Below are positions 24,481-39,300 of a stretch of 64,000 bases of DNA, in pieces (the first letter of the stretch is position 1; the number at the start of each line of letters is the position of its first letter). The notes beneath the pieces are model-generated. The model had not been told where the DNA came from. It saw only the letters and a list, made by a program, of their open reading frames with translations, and searched no databases. Source of the stretch: Octopus sinensis (Eukaryota); contig NC_043000.1 in the NCBI RefSeq assembly GCF_006345805.1, positions 59,334,001-59,398,000 of the forward strand, given 5' to 3'. Both the position numbers and the translations under genes were made by a program.

Positions 24481-24959
24481 GAATATATATATATATATAT
24501 GTAAAGGTAAGATCCAAGGATCAAGGTGTTGGGCGTTTGTGAGCTTCAAGCAGTCCATAGAAGATATATAAAAAAACAACTTTCAGGAACACTAGCGGTT
24601 TATTGACGCAGAAGATTGTGAATTTTTCCTGTATCGAACGAAGTATGATAAGCTAAAAAAAAAAGGTTAATTTTATAGTTAGCAACAGGGGTTGATGTAT
24701 ATGCAAATAAACATCAAAAATTCAGGGAATGGTAGTAGATAAAATCCAGGCTACATATGTTTCATAGCTAGTGGAAACTCGGAAGTAGTAAATTATCTGA
24801 ACGATGGGTAGACTGAAAGTAACTCTTCAGGCCAAGGATACCTTGATTATAAGAAGTTTACATTGTCGTCAGGAGATCCTGTGTAGACTCGTTGGGGATT
24901 TGGTCGAAATTTTGGATATGTATGTCTCTTCTATTTTTTAATAATTATAAATCTTCCAC

Positions 24960-25190
24960 TGAGGAGGGAGCCGGTTTCCAACAAAGATACAAGGCCCCAT
25001 ATTTGGGATGTAGTTAACATAGACAAATTCACATTTGGAACTTGAGAAAAGTCTTGCATATTTTTACTCTTTCATGCACAGATTGCACTCGTAATGTACG
25101 AATTAGCCGGTCGATTTCTCTTTCTGAAAATCCCAGTTTATCCAGATTCTCCTTTAAGCATTTATTAACAAAACCTAGTGCTCCAATTAT
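24960..25190 (-). mobile_element. 3' end of an RLE-type non-LTR retrotransposon inserted next to (ATGT)n
   Basis: IGALGFVNKCLKENLDKLGF...VKICKTFLKF* resembles the C-terminal RLE segment of R4/NeSL-like elements. Confidence 0.55.
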
Positions 25191-25235
25191 GTATGTATGT
25201 ATGTATGTATGTATGTATGTATGTATGTATGTATG

Positions 25236-25266
<31 letters not shown>

Positions 25267-25516
25267 TATCGTTTGAAATAATTTGATTGTGATAATCTGT
25301 TTTTCAATGCATATTTTTGTATTTTGGAAGTATTTGACTGTAAAAATATACTTTGAAATTAACTCCCTGTAATATAAAAGGAAAGATGCATTTCCTTATT
25401 ATGATTTTCTATATCTCCTGACTTCTGCGCAATATTTTTGACATTTTCAATTAATATATAACAACAACAGCAACAAAAACGCAACGATGACGACGACGAT
25501 GATGATGATGATAATA

Positions 25517-25584
<68 letters not shown>

Positions 25585-26959
25585 TGTTGTTGTTGTTATT
25601 ATTATTATTATTATTATTATCATCATCATTATTATTATTATGTAATAAAATGAATATACTTGCATACATATTTCTGTGTGTTTGCGGGCACTTACACCTC
25701 TACGGTAACTGAGATGAAATTGAATTTTGGTGATATTTTCGGATGCTGGATGTTTCTGGATAAAAAAACAGAATAATCGTAGAAATAGCTATAAACTGGA
25801 ATCAATATCTTCAGTGATTAAATAGGATTATTTTTGAAATTATTTTTAATACTAAATATTTCATCAAAATTTCCCTTTATATTTCGGTGAGATATTCCAT
25901 AAACTTCATAGAATCCTTATTAAAAAAATACATCAGATATTGCCGAAAAAGCAATATTTGATGCGTTATTGCTATAGGTTTAGCCAAAATTGTCTCACCT
26001 CTTATACCATTCTCAGCAAAACGAAAAATCGGCTCCTACTTGCCTGACATACTAAATGAACAACAAATGAACAATGTTTCTGAGAGTTATGATACATCTA
26101 AGATGGCAGGAAGTGGTTGGCTTGATAGAGATTGAAGGAATCAGTTAAACGAAACTAGAACTGAGCATCTGTTTCAAGCAATTAAACGAAAAAAGAAAAA
26201 AAAACTGTGGTAATTCATAAGGCTATGAAGTGACTTTGTGTTCTTCGGGTTTCTTCCGTTCAAAGAAGTGTCATAGGTCGGACACACTCTTAGGTGTCTC
26301 ACGAAGGCCCGCATACCAATTATAGCTTCGTGAAAATCAAACTTAAATGTACTTTCCATGTTTCTCATTTATAAGAAACTCAAAAATATATAAAAATTCT
26401 CTTGTGTTCTGTTCGCCTTCTCATGTGGACAACTTATAACATTCTGCTGTAGAATTGCTTAATTTCTTCCACCATGACAGGCATCAGCTTTACATTTTTT
26501 ATGATAATTTTCATCAACGTTGTTTTTCACTATGTCAATATAATTGATTTGCGTTCAGTCTACTAGTAATATTCTCACACCAGATATCATATTAGGTAAC
26601 CTACATTCTAATGTAATAAAAGAAGATATATAATATTGTCCTGTCGGAATATTTTGAACAATAATAGTTGTCTTACGGAGACTTCATACAATATCCATTG
26701 TATCATTTCAGTCGGAGTTTAATTAAACCATGTAAATAAATCCTGAATGTATTCCTTTATTTTCAATGATCACTGGTTGGCCGTCAAGGAACTGAAGCAT
26801 ATATTCGAATATATTCTTGAAGTTTTATAAAGTACAGAACTAATGTTTTCTCTCTTAAACTTCATAAATTTCAAATGCAAAATTGGAGTTACGTGAATTA
26901 CACTGGGTCCGATTTTGAAACTGTAGATTCGTATATATAACTGGATAAAGACATCGACT

Positions 26960-27715
26960 GAATTGTTATCTATAGTTTTTCTATAGTCATTACCTGCAGA
27001 GAAAATAACCTTGGCTTCCTTTGGAGCAGGTGAGGAGGGCTGTTTCCATTGCATGGATTGTCTCTTTGTCTCTAGCTCAAAGTAATCAATCCACTACTCA
27101 TCCTGGGTTTAGAAATGTTTAAGGAAACCAACTGGATCTGTATCAAACAATATCAGATTTTCTCGTGATGAGATCAGCCTGATGCGCTCTTGATCAGGTT
27201 TCAGAAAACGTGGCACCCACTGAAAAATAACCTTCGTCATGCCAAGTTCATTGTGCAGAATATTCTCAATTCCCTCACAGGATATGTTGATAGCATTGGA
27301 TATTTGATTTATAGTCAATCACCTATCATCTATCACCATGTGGCGAATACAATCAATGTTTTCTTCGGTGATGGCAGTTGCAGACCTTGGGTCATCAGGA
27401 CCCGTCCATCCCCTCCTAAATTCAGCTGCCCATTTTCACACTTGATTAATTCTGGAACATCATCCCCTAATGTAGCAACCTTGACAACATGAATGTCGTT
27501 GGTGGGCTAAATCCTTTTTCTGCAGATACTTGATAACACAACAGTGCCTAACTTTTGTCCATTTGAAGTGTTATTTGCACAGTCAGATATCAGTTTACCT
27601 GGGAAGATACAATACAATTATTAACAAGAAGTGTTGAAATTAATGCGTGCAATGTTTCACAGCTGTAACATCACTCCTTCATAGCCAGCCTATGAACTTC
27701 TCAGCTCACCTCGTA
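26960..27715 (-). mobile_element. 3'-truncated mariner transposon
   Basis: TIR TA-cgaggtgagctgagaagttcatagg at 27715; peptides ...ILHNELGMTKVIFQWVPRFL and MQWKQPSSPAPKEAK. Confidence 0.8.
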
Positions 27716-28699
27716 TGTGTCAATTTGATCGATCTGTTTAGCCTGCGATATATAAAAATATTTCTTCTTGTAGCTGCCTTTTGTCTTCTGAGCTTGTTTA
27801 CTTCATTAAGTACGTTTTTATTTTTAGCTTGACAATGCACAGTATATATCTGGATATTGTTATTTTGACGTTTATTGACTGATATTTAATAACTGCAAAT
27901 TGAGCAACTGCTTAGTAGTTACTGATGAAACCTTATTACTATTTTAGGTGTTATTAAAAAGAAAAAAATGACAACACATAATAAGAATAAGAACTGTAGG
28001 GTTGTAAAAATGATGGCTTCTTTTCATCTTGCAGACCACTAATATTTGTAGCAAAGTGACGTGTATGGACGATTGAATATTTCTTGTTTATTATAGGCAT
28101 TTATTAAATTATTTTTCACATGAATGAAAAACATCGTTTAATTGATAAATTATATCTTCTCACAATTCATATTTGTTAACGTATCGTCTGTTCTCCATTT
28201 AGTCTAAAATGATAAAACAAGCATACATACATGTGCGCGCGTGCTTATGTGTGCGTTTATGTGTGCATGTATGTATGTATTTTTGCATGGTACATATTCT
28301 GGTTCATTATCTAATGACTATTTTTATATTATTCATCTGGATCTATATACCCTCAATGTATTTGATTTAAGTTCTAAAAATAATTCTGTCGAGAAGCAAC
28401 ATCTTTATATTTCCTGATTTTCTTTTATTTTTTGGACTCAATTCAATATTGCTTTCATTACCGACGAGCAAGTTGCTTCCACTATTGAAATTCGATGCAT
28501 CCAGTTCAAGATCCGCCATTTTCTTTTCAAATTAAGGGCAGCTACTTATAAATTTGAAACAAATATCCCTTTAAAAGCATTCATTACTTTTAGATATTTC
28601 TTTCTTTCTTGAACTTCCCTTATTTCATTATACAACGGCAAAAGTATTTTGAGAAGTTTTTTGGAAAGCTTTAAATTCCTCATTTTAAAATATATTTAA

Positions 28700-29720
28700 A
28701 TAGCTGCGACATTTTTTATTTGCCTTTATGAGACCATTGATATGCCGTCATCGGCTTTATTAACTGACAGCGTACTATATTTTCACGAAGATTGTGCTTA
28801 CGAGGAACTGATTAAATTAAAGAATTTGCTTAAAATCACATCAGGAAAAGATATAAGTGAGTGTCCTGTTAAAATGTTTCGTGGTAGGCAAATAGGTTTG
28901 TCAAAACTAATTGCGGTTACGACTGACAGTACCTCGAACATAATGCGCCGTAATGATGGTTTTGTAAAGTAATTTACAGAAACCGTCAGTCATACCTTTG
29001 CTTCTTTTCATTGTATTATACCACAGAAAATACTGCATGCAAAAGTTAGCTTGAAGGAGTTTTATGGTGTTATGAGAATTGAGACAAAGAGAATCAATTT
29101 GATAGCTGTGAGGTTGTCGTAGAAACAAGAATCTAATTTACTTTTGATTGAAGTTGTAGCGTTACAATGTTGTGCTATTATTTTACTAATGTACAGTAAT
29201 TACAATTGTTGAGTCGTGGTCAAGTAATTCAGCTGTTTTTAGATATATGGCAGCAAAAATTCTTATCACTTAAAGTACTTGAAACTTTTACTTTCCAGAT
29301 TTCGTTGAAAGATGCCGCGTTCACTTTCAAAACTTGTAATCAAACTAATAGATTTTTTAAAACCTTGACGTTTAGTATAAATTTCATGCAGTTGCAATAA
29401 GAAAGAATTCAGTGAAAAAATTATTCACGACTCAACCATTGTATATTAGAGAGGATTGAGAATATATTGAAAGTGGACATGTACAAGTAATCGCGAATAA
29501 ACATTCGGCCTGTGAACTTCTGAGAGCTTGGGATTGGATTCCTCTTAAAATTCTTATAAAAGTAAAAGTTTTCTCATCAACGTATTCATATATAGGTAAA
29601 TAGACAAGCTGACAAAGGAAACAAAATGGGTTATGAACTGAGTGCTGCCTACATAGCGTTAAAATGTTCAGGCTGTATCCCTCCCATAAAGCAACTCTTC
29701 GAACACTTAAAATGTGATAA
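28700..29720 (+). mobile_element. Decayed hAT (Buster/SPIN-like) transposase remnant
   Basis: EELIKLKNL..TSGKDI, VTTDSTSNI, FHCIIPQKILHAK, LSRGQV and FSSTY match Buster-group motifs (TTDG, HCIIH, WLSRG, STYLCE). Confidence 0.7.
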
Positions 29721-30299
29721 CGTTTTCAATTTTATTTTATTATCCTAGCTTGATAGGATATGTTTATTAAACTCCCAGTTTTATAAATCGGACGTTAATC
29801 TGTAAGCATTTGCCTAAGACTAAAATACATACTACATGCAAGTGATGGATTATAAATAGCAGAATTATGAAAAACAAAAATTAAAATTTCAACATTGGAG
29901 TAAAAAGAATCACTATCAATGTAATAATTCATATATGACATTACTTCACAGTTATTTTGCATCATACTGTTTGTTTTCACAGATTCTTCATATGTTTACC
30001 AAATAACATTGCTATTTATTCAACCTCCGAATACAATCATTGACGTCCAATATTTTCTCAATACATTTTCTCATCGTTATCAATACAAAACTCTTTACAG
30101 CTACTGAATTTCTTCCAAACGGCTTTCGCATTATAATCCACTTTTCATGTTCCTTTACTATAAACATTCTGACATTCTGATAAAGGGAAAACACATTTTC
30201 TGCTCAGTACATCACTAACGATAAATACAACAATAAAATTCCTTATATATATTTAATACACACCATAAGTGCTTCTGTCTCTTTCTCTCTCTGTATATG

Positions 30300-30560
30300 T
30301 ATATATAGTTAATTCAAAAACACGAAGAAAAGAACACAAGAAAAAAAAAACAACAACGCGAGTACGTGGTACATGCAAAGTATTAGAAGACGCTCAGGGA
30401 AGGAAAGAAAGGGTGTTTTACGTTTCGAAGAAAGCTCTTCTTCAAAAACAGGAGACAAAAGAAGGTCCAAGAGAAAAGGAAGACGGAGGGGAAAAAATCG
30501 CCGACAATCCACATGTAGTTACATTTTGAAATGACCGGAAGGGATGAACGATGAAAAAGT
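30300..30560 (-). mobile_element. PLE-like terminal (pLTR) repeat; related copies at ~33780-33990 (+) and ~53505-53660 (+)
   Basis: Shared aaatgtaac...gtcggcgattttttc...gaagagc...cgaaacgt text with an eroded hammerhead core. Confidence 0.5.
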
Positions 30561-30599
30561 TCTAAGATAGGAAAGTGTAAGAGAAAGAGGAATTTTCTG

Positions 30600-31565
30600 T
30601 GTATATGTGGGTATGTTCGCGCGCTCGCACGCGTATATGGAAGGCAGTAATTGAGTACGTGGGTGGTGGTAACTCTGTTTGTGTGTGTGTGTGTGTGTGT
30701 GTATGTGTGTGTGTGTGTGTGTGTCTGTTGTGTGTGGTATTAACTTTTTATATGTATATTTGTGAGTGATCTTTTTTTCTGTTAATGTTCTAGGGAGAAT
30801 TCAGCAGCAATGGTAACAGAAGTGATGGTCTTTTATGTAGTTGCGTGGTTTTTCAGATGTGCGTAGATGGAATGGTCAATGGAAGGGTCGTTTGACAGGC
30901 AGTCTAAAGGGTGTGTATATGTGTATATGTGTGTGCATGTATGTGTATGTTGTGTGTGTGTCTTGTGTGTATGCATGCATGTGTGTATGTGCGTGTGCTT
31001 GTATGTATGTGTCTATGTGCGTGTGTTTGGAGGTATATGTGCGTTCCTCTGTGTGTGTATATGTGCATGTGTGTGCGTGTGTGTAAGTGTGAGTGTATGT
31101 GTATGTGCGTGTGTGTATGCACATGTGTATGTATGTGTGTGCGTGTATGTACGTGTGTGTGTGTGCATGAGTGTGTTATGTGGTATGTGTGGAAGGTATG
31201 TGCGGTCATATCTGTGTGTACCCGTGTGTATATGTGTGCGTGTGCGTTTGTACGTCTGCATGTGTGTGTGTATGTGCGTGTATGTATGTGATTATGTGCG
31301 TGGGATTGTGTGGAGGAGTATGTGCGCCTCTGTGTGTGTGTGCGCGCGTGCGTGTATGTGCGTGCGTGTATGTGCGTGCGTATGTGTGTGCGTGTATACT
31401 CGTGTATGCGCGTGTGGCTGTGTGTGTGTATGCGTGTGTGTGCGTGTATGTGTGTGTGGTGTGTGTGGGAGGTATATGTACGTTCATGTGTATGCGCGTG
31501 TGTGTGTGTGCGTGTATGTGTGTGTATGTATGTGGTGTATGTATGTGTGCGTGTGTGTGTGTATA
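30600..31565. repeat. Complex (GT/AT/GC) compound microsatellite
   Basis: Seen directly; source of many spurious C/V/H/T-rich ORFs. Confidence 0.95.
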
Positions 31566-31839
31566 TAGAACAATAAAATAAAATACAATAAGATAGATAA
31601 AAAAGAGAAAAAATACGAGATGAAAAAATAGAATTAATAAATAAATAAACAAAAAATAACACATAAAGATAAAAAAATAAAAAATTAAAATTAAAAGGAT
31701 AAATTAGAAATTAATAGTTATAAAAAAGAAAGGCAAAAGAAGATAATAAATAGTAAGATAAAATAAAATAAAAGGATCAAAATAAATAATTACAATGGAA
31801 AAGTTGATAAAAAACGAAAAGTGTAAAAAGGAGGGTGTA

Positions 31840-32790
31840 GAGACAGTCATTGAGAGGAGGGGTTGTGCTGAGTCAGAAAGGAGTTTGTGTTTGTAGACTG
31901 AAAATGTAACGCTGTTCCAGATGGAGTTGAGAGTGTGTGGATCCGTGATGCAGGGTGAGGCCCAAGACGAAGATATTTGAGGTGGAGTGGTTGGCCAAAC
32001 GAAATGATGAGCGACGGCGGTGTTCGTACGTAGCCGAACATCTCGTAGATGTTCGGTGAACCGGTCGGCCAGCCGGCGGCCCGTCTGACCAACGTAGAGT
32101 TTGTTGCAGAGGTTACTTTCTAATGCAATAGATAAAGCTGGAAGAAGCGCAAGAGAAGATGTTTCTAATGTGGAGAGTGTGCTGGTTGGATCCAGTGAGG
32201 GGGGGTGCTGTTGGTGATGAAAGAAGAGGTGTAGCAGCGGGATCTAGAGCAAGGGAAGGAGTCGGGTCGGGTTAGGATGGAAGAGGGGAAGATGCTACGG
32301 ACCAGTAGATCGCGTAGGTTATGGGTACGTTTAAGGGAGGGCAAGGGTGAGTTGAAGAAAACGGGGTGGGTGGTGGGATCTATCTGGAGACGACGGAAGG
32401 CCTATAGGATCCTCCGACGAAGGTGTAGGGTGGAAGGGTGGAAAAGGAGTGGAAAGGGGGTGCGGTTGGAGGATAGGTGTGGGGAAGGGGAGAGGGCGGT
32501 GGTGTGATCGATTAGGCGAGCGCGAACAAGGGCAGTTTGGACAAGGGGGTGGGTATCCTCGATGTATGAACAGGCGGGCAAGGTACTGGGACTAGGTCAC
32601 GAAATCCTGGCCCTGGCTGCACAAGCATCGGAGGCGGAGGAACCGGGGCAGGAGATGGCTCGTTTGGTGTGGGAGAGATAGGAGGTGGAAGAGTTTAGGT
32701 AGAGGTAAGAGTCTGTGGGTTTGAAGAGGGCGAAGGTGACCAACAAATAGGTTGGCGAAATTGGGGCCCATTCTCGTTCCCATAGCGACA
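31840..32790 (-). mobile_element. Penelope-like retroelement fragment (RT C-terminus plus GIY-YIG endonuclease)
   Basis: MGTRMGPNFANLFVG (PLE RT motif) and YVGQTGRRLADRFTEHLRD (GIY-YIG); internally deleted and frameshifted. Confidence 0.85.
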
Positions 32791-34022
32791 CCAGACCACT
32801 ATTGGTAAATCTCCCCCGCGAATGCAAAGCAGTGTGTGTGTGTGCTTGCGTGTGTGTATGTGAGAGAGAAAGAGGGTGAGAGAGATAGAGTGAGTGAGTG
32901 AAGGTGTGTGTTGCAATGATTGTTGTCTTTTAAGGTACAGACACATATAGAAAATGTGACGTTATCGTATAAAATGTTTACGATAGTTGATTTACAGGAA
33001 AAGATTATTCAAAATGCAAATATGTGAATGGAAATTAAGTTTAATTTGTAGCCAAAATAGTACTGAATCTTTTGATACCCCATACGTCAAAATCTGTAAC
33101 TCGGTTCTGGAATGCATAAGGAATATATAATATAAATGAGGCAGACCTCTACATGGTAGCTAGATCTTGTAGAAATAGCAGCCAAATCTCCCTGAAACCA
33201 CCCTACTGTCTTAATCCGACAATTCTGTCTATTATGTAGTTTGAATGAGAAACTGTAACTAAAGATTAAGATTATTAACCCTAGAGAGAGGAAAGAAGAG
33301 AGACAACTTAGCGACGGTTTTGGCTGACTGTCAATCCTGTCCTCCCCTTGTTGCTAGCGAAATGGTATGTGCCGGCTGTATGAGCAACTGGTTATTTTAA
33401 TGGCGGAACAAACAGAACATTAAAGATTACAAAAATAGCGATTCTCACATTGAAACTAACGATTTTGAAAATCGTTTTAGATTACAGAACGCTCTGCTCT
33501 CTCATGTATCCATGTTTAAAATTTCAGCGTCATCGGATGAACAATACTCGAGTTATAAGCGCACAAACAGACAGACAGAACAGATTTTATATATTAAGAT
33601 ATAACGTCGTTTCTGCACCTCTGGTTCTGAATCATTTTAATTTGTCCATGACTCTTTGACTTCGCTTCACTTTACTTCAGTCCTTCCTTTTTGCCTCTTC
33701 CTTCCTTACCTTATACCTCCTCACCAGAACTCACATCTATCGCTGTACGTCCACTTTACCAAAAAAAAAAAAAACAACACTTTCGCTATCTATGTCTTTT
33801 AACTTCCGTTCACTTCAGAAATGTAACTACACACGTGCTGTTGGTGATTTTTTTCTCCTTCTTTGGACTTTTCCCTTTTCCTTATTCCTTTCTGACGAAG
33901 ACCTATACTCGAGACGTCAAAAACTCTTTCTTTTTACCAAGCGTCTGACTAATATATTCCATGTGCACGTCCTCTTGCTGTCTTTTTAAAATTATTTTCA
34001 ATGTTCGTTTATTCAGTTTGAC

Positions 34023-34110
<88 letters not shown>

Positions 34111-35349
34111 TGTGTGTGTGTGTATGTATGCATCTATATATGGAAAACGAAGAAGTGTCTTTACGCGGTTGTTGCTGGATCTTTCGTACAGTTTAATTAC
34201 TGTAAGAAGTGCAACGCCCATAGACCTTCAAAACGGGTGGTAAGAAAGGGGTAAATTATTCTTAGCTCACTGACCTAACTCGAATGGCTACAATATACAG
34301 GATTGCGCTAAACAGTGACGTGGCGATCTTAAACCGGGCGATAGATTATGCAGTGAAATCACTTTCGAATTAAAAGACGGCTGCATTCTCTAGTTTAGTT
34401 CTAGATAGAGAAAGTGATATTAATGGACGGGATGACCGCAGCTGTAATGTTTTTGATCATAGGTATACTCAATCAATGTTGGCCAGAGAAACACAACAAC
34501 AACAACTTAGATGGCCGATTTGAGAGAGTACTAAATAACTGTATTCTGCTCATGGCCAAGACACTTTATTTTCAATGGCTCTGTCGTTTTAATTGAAAGT
34601 AGATGCAGCAGGGTAGGAATAAAAGAAGCTAAAGATCGATAAAATTGGCGAATTAGCGATCATATTTGATTTCATCTGAATGTCAGTAAGGGTTAGAATT
34701 AAGACAGGGGAATGAGATTTTAGGTGACTGTGTCTTAATTGCATCTGGTTACAAAATATTTGACAAATTTAAACAGAGAAATAATTTTAATGTAGTTTGT
34801 TTAGGCCATTGGAACAAACTTTCTTGTAGATACCACTACTGTAAACAGTTTTTGTTACAATGTTTTGCTTCATAAGAAAACAGGCAGTTTAGGGACAAAC
34901 TGAGGTGATATTTATCACACTAATAAAATTGACATTATTTTGTATCACAAAGTGGATGCTTAGAGACATCCTTATCTCTCTTATTGATGAAATATTTAGT
35001 AGCTATCACCTACTTGAGCACAGTAAGAATGCAGCCTTCTAGGCGAGATATGATGCAGCTACTACAGATCAAGAAGAAGCTACTCTTCAAGACAAAGTTT
35101 TCGCTATATAATTACGTATGTATGTATGTATGTATGTATGTATGTATGTATGTATGTATGTATGTATGTATGTATGTATGTATGTATGTATGTTATTATT
35201 GTGCGATATCTGATATATATGTATATATATACATATAGGCTTGCAATGTCACGCAGTGGAATAGAACCTGGTATTTCGTGATTGTGAAGCACTCAGCCAT
35301 ACTTCGCCCACGAAAGTTATATATTATGCATATATAATATATTATACAG

Positions 35350-35735
35350 ATAGGCACGGGTGTGATAAGAAGCTTGCTTCCCAACCACATGGTTCTGGGT
35401 TCAGTCCCACTGCGTGGCACCTTGGGCAAGTGTCTTCTACTTTAGCCTCGGGTTGATTAAAGCCTTGTGAGTGGATTTGGTAGACGGAAACTGAAAGAAG
35501 CCCTCGTATATGTGTGTGTCTCTGTGTCTGTGTTTGTTCCCCCATCACCACTTGACAACCGGTGTTGGTGTGTTTATGTCCCTGTAACTTAGCGGTTCGG
35601 CAAAAGATATGGATAGAATAAGTACTAGGCTTAAGAAATAAGTCCTGGGGTCGATTTGTTTATTTAAAAGAACCTTCAAGGCGGTGCTCCAGCATGGCCA
35701 CGGTCAAATGTCTGAAACAAGTAAAAGAATAAAAG
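35350..35735 (+). mobile_element. Family-B SINE, full length
   Basis: Head, CORE-like ccttgggcaagtgtcttc block and ...ggtgctccagcatggcc...gaaacaagtaaaag tail. Confidence 0.85.
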
Positions 35736-35899
35736 TATATAAATCAAACTATAATTGCTGATAATACATTTACAAATAAACAAGGCAAAAATGCATAACC
35801 ATTTATTGCTATGAAATCATTCGGATTATATAGAACTCTGAAAGAAATGCTTTGTTTGCATCCATGTTTGGCTATTTTAGTAATAATTTTGAACTTCAT

Positions 35900-36271
35900 C
35901 TTACTTTTAACGATACAAACACACCAACAATCTAATCAAAATTTCTGCTTACAGTTTCTTCAAATTGATTGCTGACCTATGCTAAAGCCCATAGTCTTGA
36001 CTTGTTTAATCTCTTAAATACGATAAGATCGATTTCAACTTGTTGAAAAATCACTCACAGCTAGGCAACTGAAATATCAGTGAAGAGTTTTATCTCAACA
36101 ACTCCTCTCAAATTTGGTATCACTGAACCTGAGAAGTTCCCCCAGTCTTAGAAATCTGAATGTTTATGTGACGTTTCAGCAGTATCTTACCATCCATGAT
36201 TTCTTGATAAAGCTCAAATGTATCTATATCAGAACGATAAAGCTATTTAAAGTTCTGACATCTTTTCTTTG

Positions 36272-36313
<42 letters not shown>

Positions 36314-39300
36314 GCTGTTGTTTTCATTTAAGCCAAGTAGTGCTCTAGCACCTGAAAGAAGCCCAAATTTTGAATAAAATCACGGAGGACAAATCTTAAT
36401 TACATTAAAGGATGGATTAGATCAATAGTTTATATCCTTATTCTCATCAGCTCCTTAATTACAATTAATCCTACATCCTTAGCGTTTTCGTCAGGCATTT
36501 GTTTCTTCTTCTTGTGGAATCCTTCTACTCAAATACATACCATTCATTAAATAGTTTCAGCCCTGCTTAATGTAATTCACTGGTTAATATTACTCAACTA
36601 CTTAAACTCTAACAGTTCATTGGCCTTTAAATCATAAGCCGCATCAAAGAAGTTCATGGTAGGAATTTGGAGTCGTTTTTAAATATGGTTAGTTTGAATA
36701 AGAATTTTATTTCAATATCGAAGTAAAACCAAGAAACTAAAAATAAAAAATTATTTCATCACTTGCCCTACATTAAATTTTGTATTAGCAGTTTTATTTA
36801 GATTATCACACGTGCTTTGTGAATGCTCAACTATGATATCAAAGTATTCATGAACTGGCTTCACAGTCTGTTCTACAACTCCATACACTTTCAGATTCGT
36901 ATCTGACAAGTTTTGATATGGCGTCTTCCAGTTTTTGCCAACAAAGAATGGAGCAGAAAAGTAATGAATAAAGCTCTGAATTGCACCAAAATCGTTATCG
37001 TCAATGCATTATGCTTAACAGCTTGCATTCCAAACAAATAGAGACGCTAATTATCGCAGTTAACAAAATTAGCTTTGCAATTTTTTTCTTCAATTTTCTG
37101 ATGGTTATTAAGTGGCTGAACGTCACTTTTATAACCAACTATAACTGGAGCCTTATAATAGCACTGAGACTGACAGTCTTTAAACAGTTGAAGCTCCAAA
37201 ATTATTTTCGCTGTCTTCGGTAAATTTTATAAAAATTGTTTTCACCTTGTAATTAATATCAAAATATCGATTTGTTACTGCAATTTACTTTCGATTCGTA
37301 TTACCTGATCTCTCTCTATATAAACGGCAGTTTGTCTGTCTGTGTGTCTGTGTGTCTGTCAGGTTGTACCCTCACCCTGACCACGGCTTTCAACCGATTC
37401 TAATAAAACTTGACACACACATAGCCCAATGTCATAATTCAAAACTAACGCAGCGAAAATTTTGAAAAGTTCCCCCAGTTCTGAAAAAAATCGATAAATT
37501 CTACATGGGGTCGAGAATCTAAGCTTTTCATATGCAACATATTTGTAGTTTTCGCAACTTGCAATCGATTTTTACCAAACTCATGGTGAAGCTTAATGTT
37601 ACCCTAAGAAACTTAATTCTAACGTTTGTTTTCCATGCAATACCTTACCATCAGAAAAAAATCGATAAAATCATGCCATTTTGGGAAATCGCGTTCAAAT
37701 TCAAGATGACATATTTTCGACAATATCTTTCACAAATTGGCAGGAATTTTTTTTTAATTCACAGCGAGCATCATATCTGCTCCAAGGAGCTATATGGCCC
37801 TTTTTATTCCAATAGGATACTTTATTACTGGAAAAAATCGGTTAATTAAATCATATGTGGCACACATAGCAAACCGATTTGTGTATTAAACACAAACCAC
37901 AAACTGTCTAGGGGACGCAACTCGACCTTTTTAACTCTCGGAACACGTGGGGTAAGTATCCCAAAATGTATAAAAATGTACAAAAACGGCAAAAAAGCGG
38001 GCAGCAATGTGAGTGACAACAACGAAAAAGTCAAAAGTGACCAAACTGAACAAACGAATGGAAAAGGTTTTTTGGTGCACACGACAAAAGCGGTTTATGA
38101 TAAACCAAGAGTTTGCAAGTAGCGTCCGAGGACCCTTAGGGTACGTCAAAAATTTAAGGTAAACGTTTGGGGTGGTAGTTATAAAGAAAGTTTAAACAAA
38201 AAAAGTATTCGAATAACTTGCGGCTGCAGCAGCTATTAGCAGAAGTGGCGGTGTTGGGGGTAAAGCCTCGAATGTAATTTCTTCCTGGTAGGAATTGGTT
38301 GGGTTGAATTATCGATAGCTGTTTGATAGTTTATTTGGGAGTGAAGAGAAGACATTGCAACCTACACATGCGCCTTCGTTCCCTAGAGGGAAAGGACTAG
38401 ATTGGGATTAGTCGTTGCCTACTAGGGGCTCTTACATACCCGGGCAACGCCGGGCTATGCTGCTAGTGTAGAATAAAACTAAAAGCTAAAATATGGTCTT
38501 GTAAATGACGTTGCAATTTTAGACAAATAATAGAAACCATCAGCTGATTATCTTAACTCTGCCCTTACAGAGATTGTGATGTTCTCCAGGATTGCTTTTC
38601 ATCTTTAAGAAATGTTTTTTCTTCTTTTTCTCATGGCAGTAACAAAGTTCGCCAACACTTAGAATAAACTTCAAACACTTCAGAAATTGTTTTCCGCTTA
38701 TTGTCTGTGGTATTCCTAATACCCACATTATGCAAACTCTTGAGGTGTGGTAACTTTATTACATATCGTCATTTATTGTTTTACTGACGCAAATTTGAAC
38801 CTATAGGTCTGTTTTCTCTAATTTCTAATAGATTTTTTTTCCTTTTCCATCTGCTCTTGAGTACAACAGTAATGATAATTTTCTTAACTTTCCGTGAATA
38901 CGAAATATTTTAAGTGCTTTTCAATCACCAAATACATATTCTTGCTCCAATGAAAACTGATAGGCATTTCGTGAAAATAGCAAACAACAAATGCAAAATC
39001 TTACTTTTCATAGTGAAATAAACAAGCAATGGATTCTAAACTTCTTCTCTACATCTGTTTCTCAGTATTCCTTCAAACCACTTTTCATTTAGTTATCCGT
39101 ATTGTGCGTGAACAGATAAAGTAACTTTTTACTAATGTAAAGAATACTTGGAACGTTTCTGCGCAGGGCAACTTTAAAAAATAACATTTTTTGGTATTTT
39201 ACCAGACTCCGAAAAGACTACATCAAGATGCTGAGTCGCATTTGATTTAGACGGGTCTGTTGTTTCTGCTTTTGCATTTAAAGTTTTTTACATCTTTTCT

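Noticed and set aside
26170-26700. Possible piggyBac-like remnant (LSWWKKL)
   Set aside because: One short motif only; no TIR or TTAA boundaries found.
30867-31664. Long ORFs of 130-270 aa here and at 21876-23638, 46700-49012 and 59371-61683
   Set aside because: They are translations of dinucleotide and tetranucleotide microsatellites with no stop codons; no protein signal.
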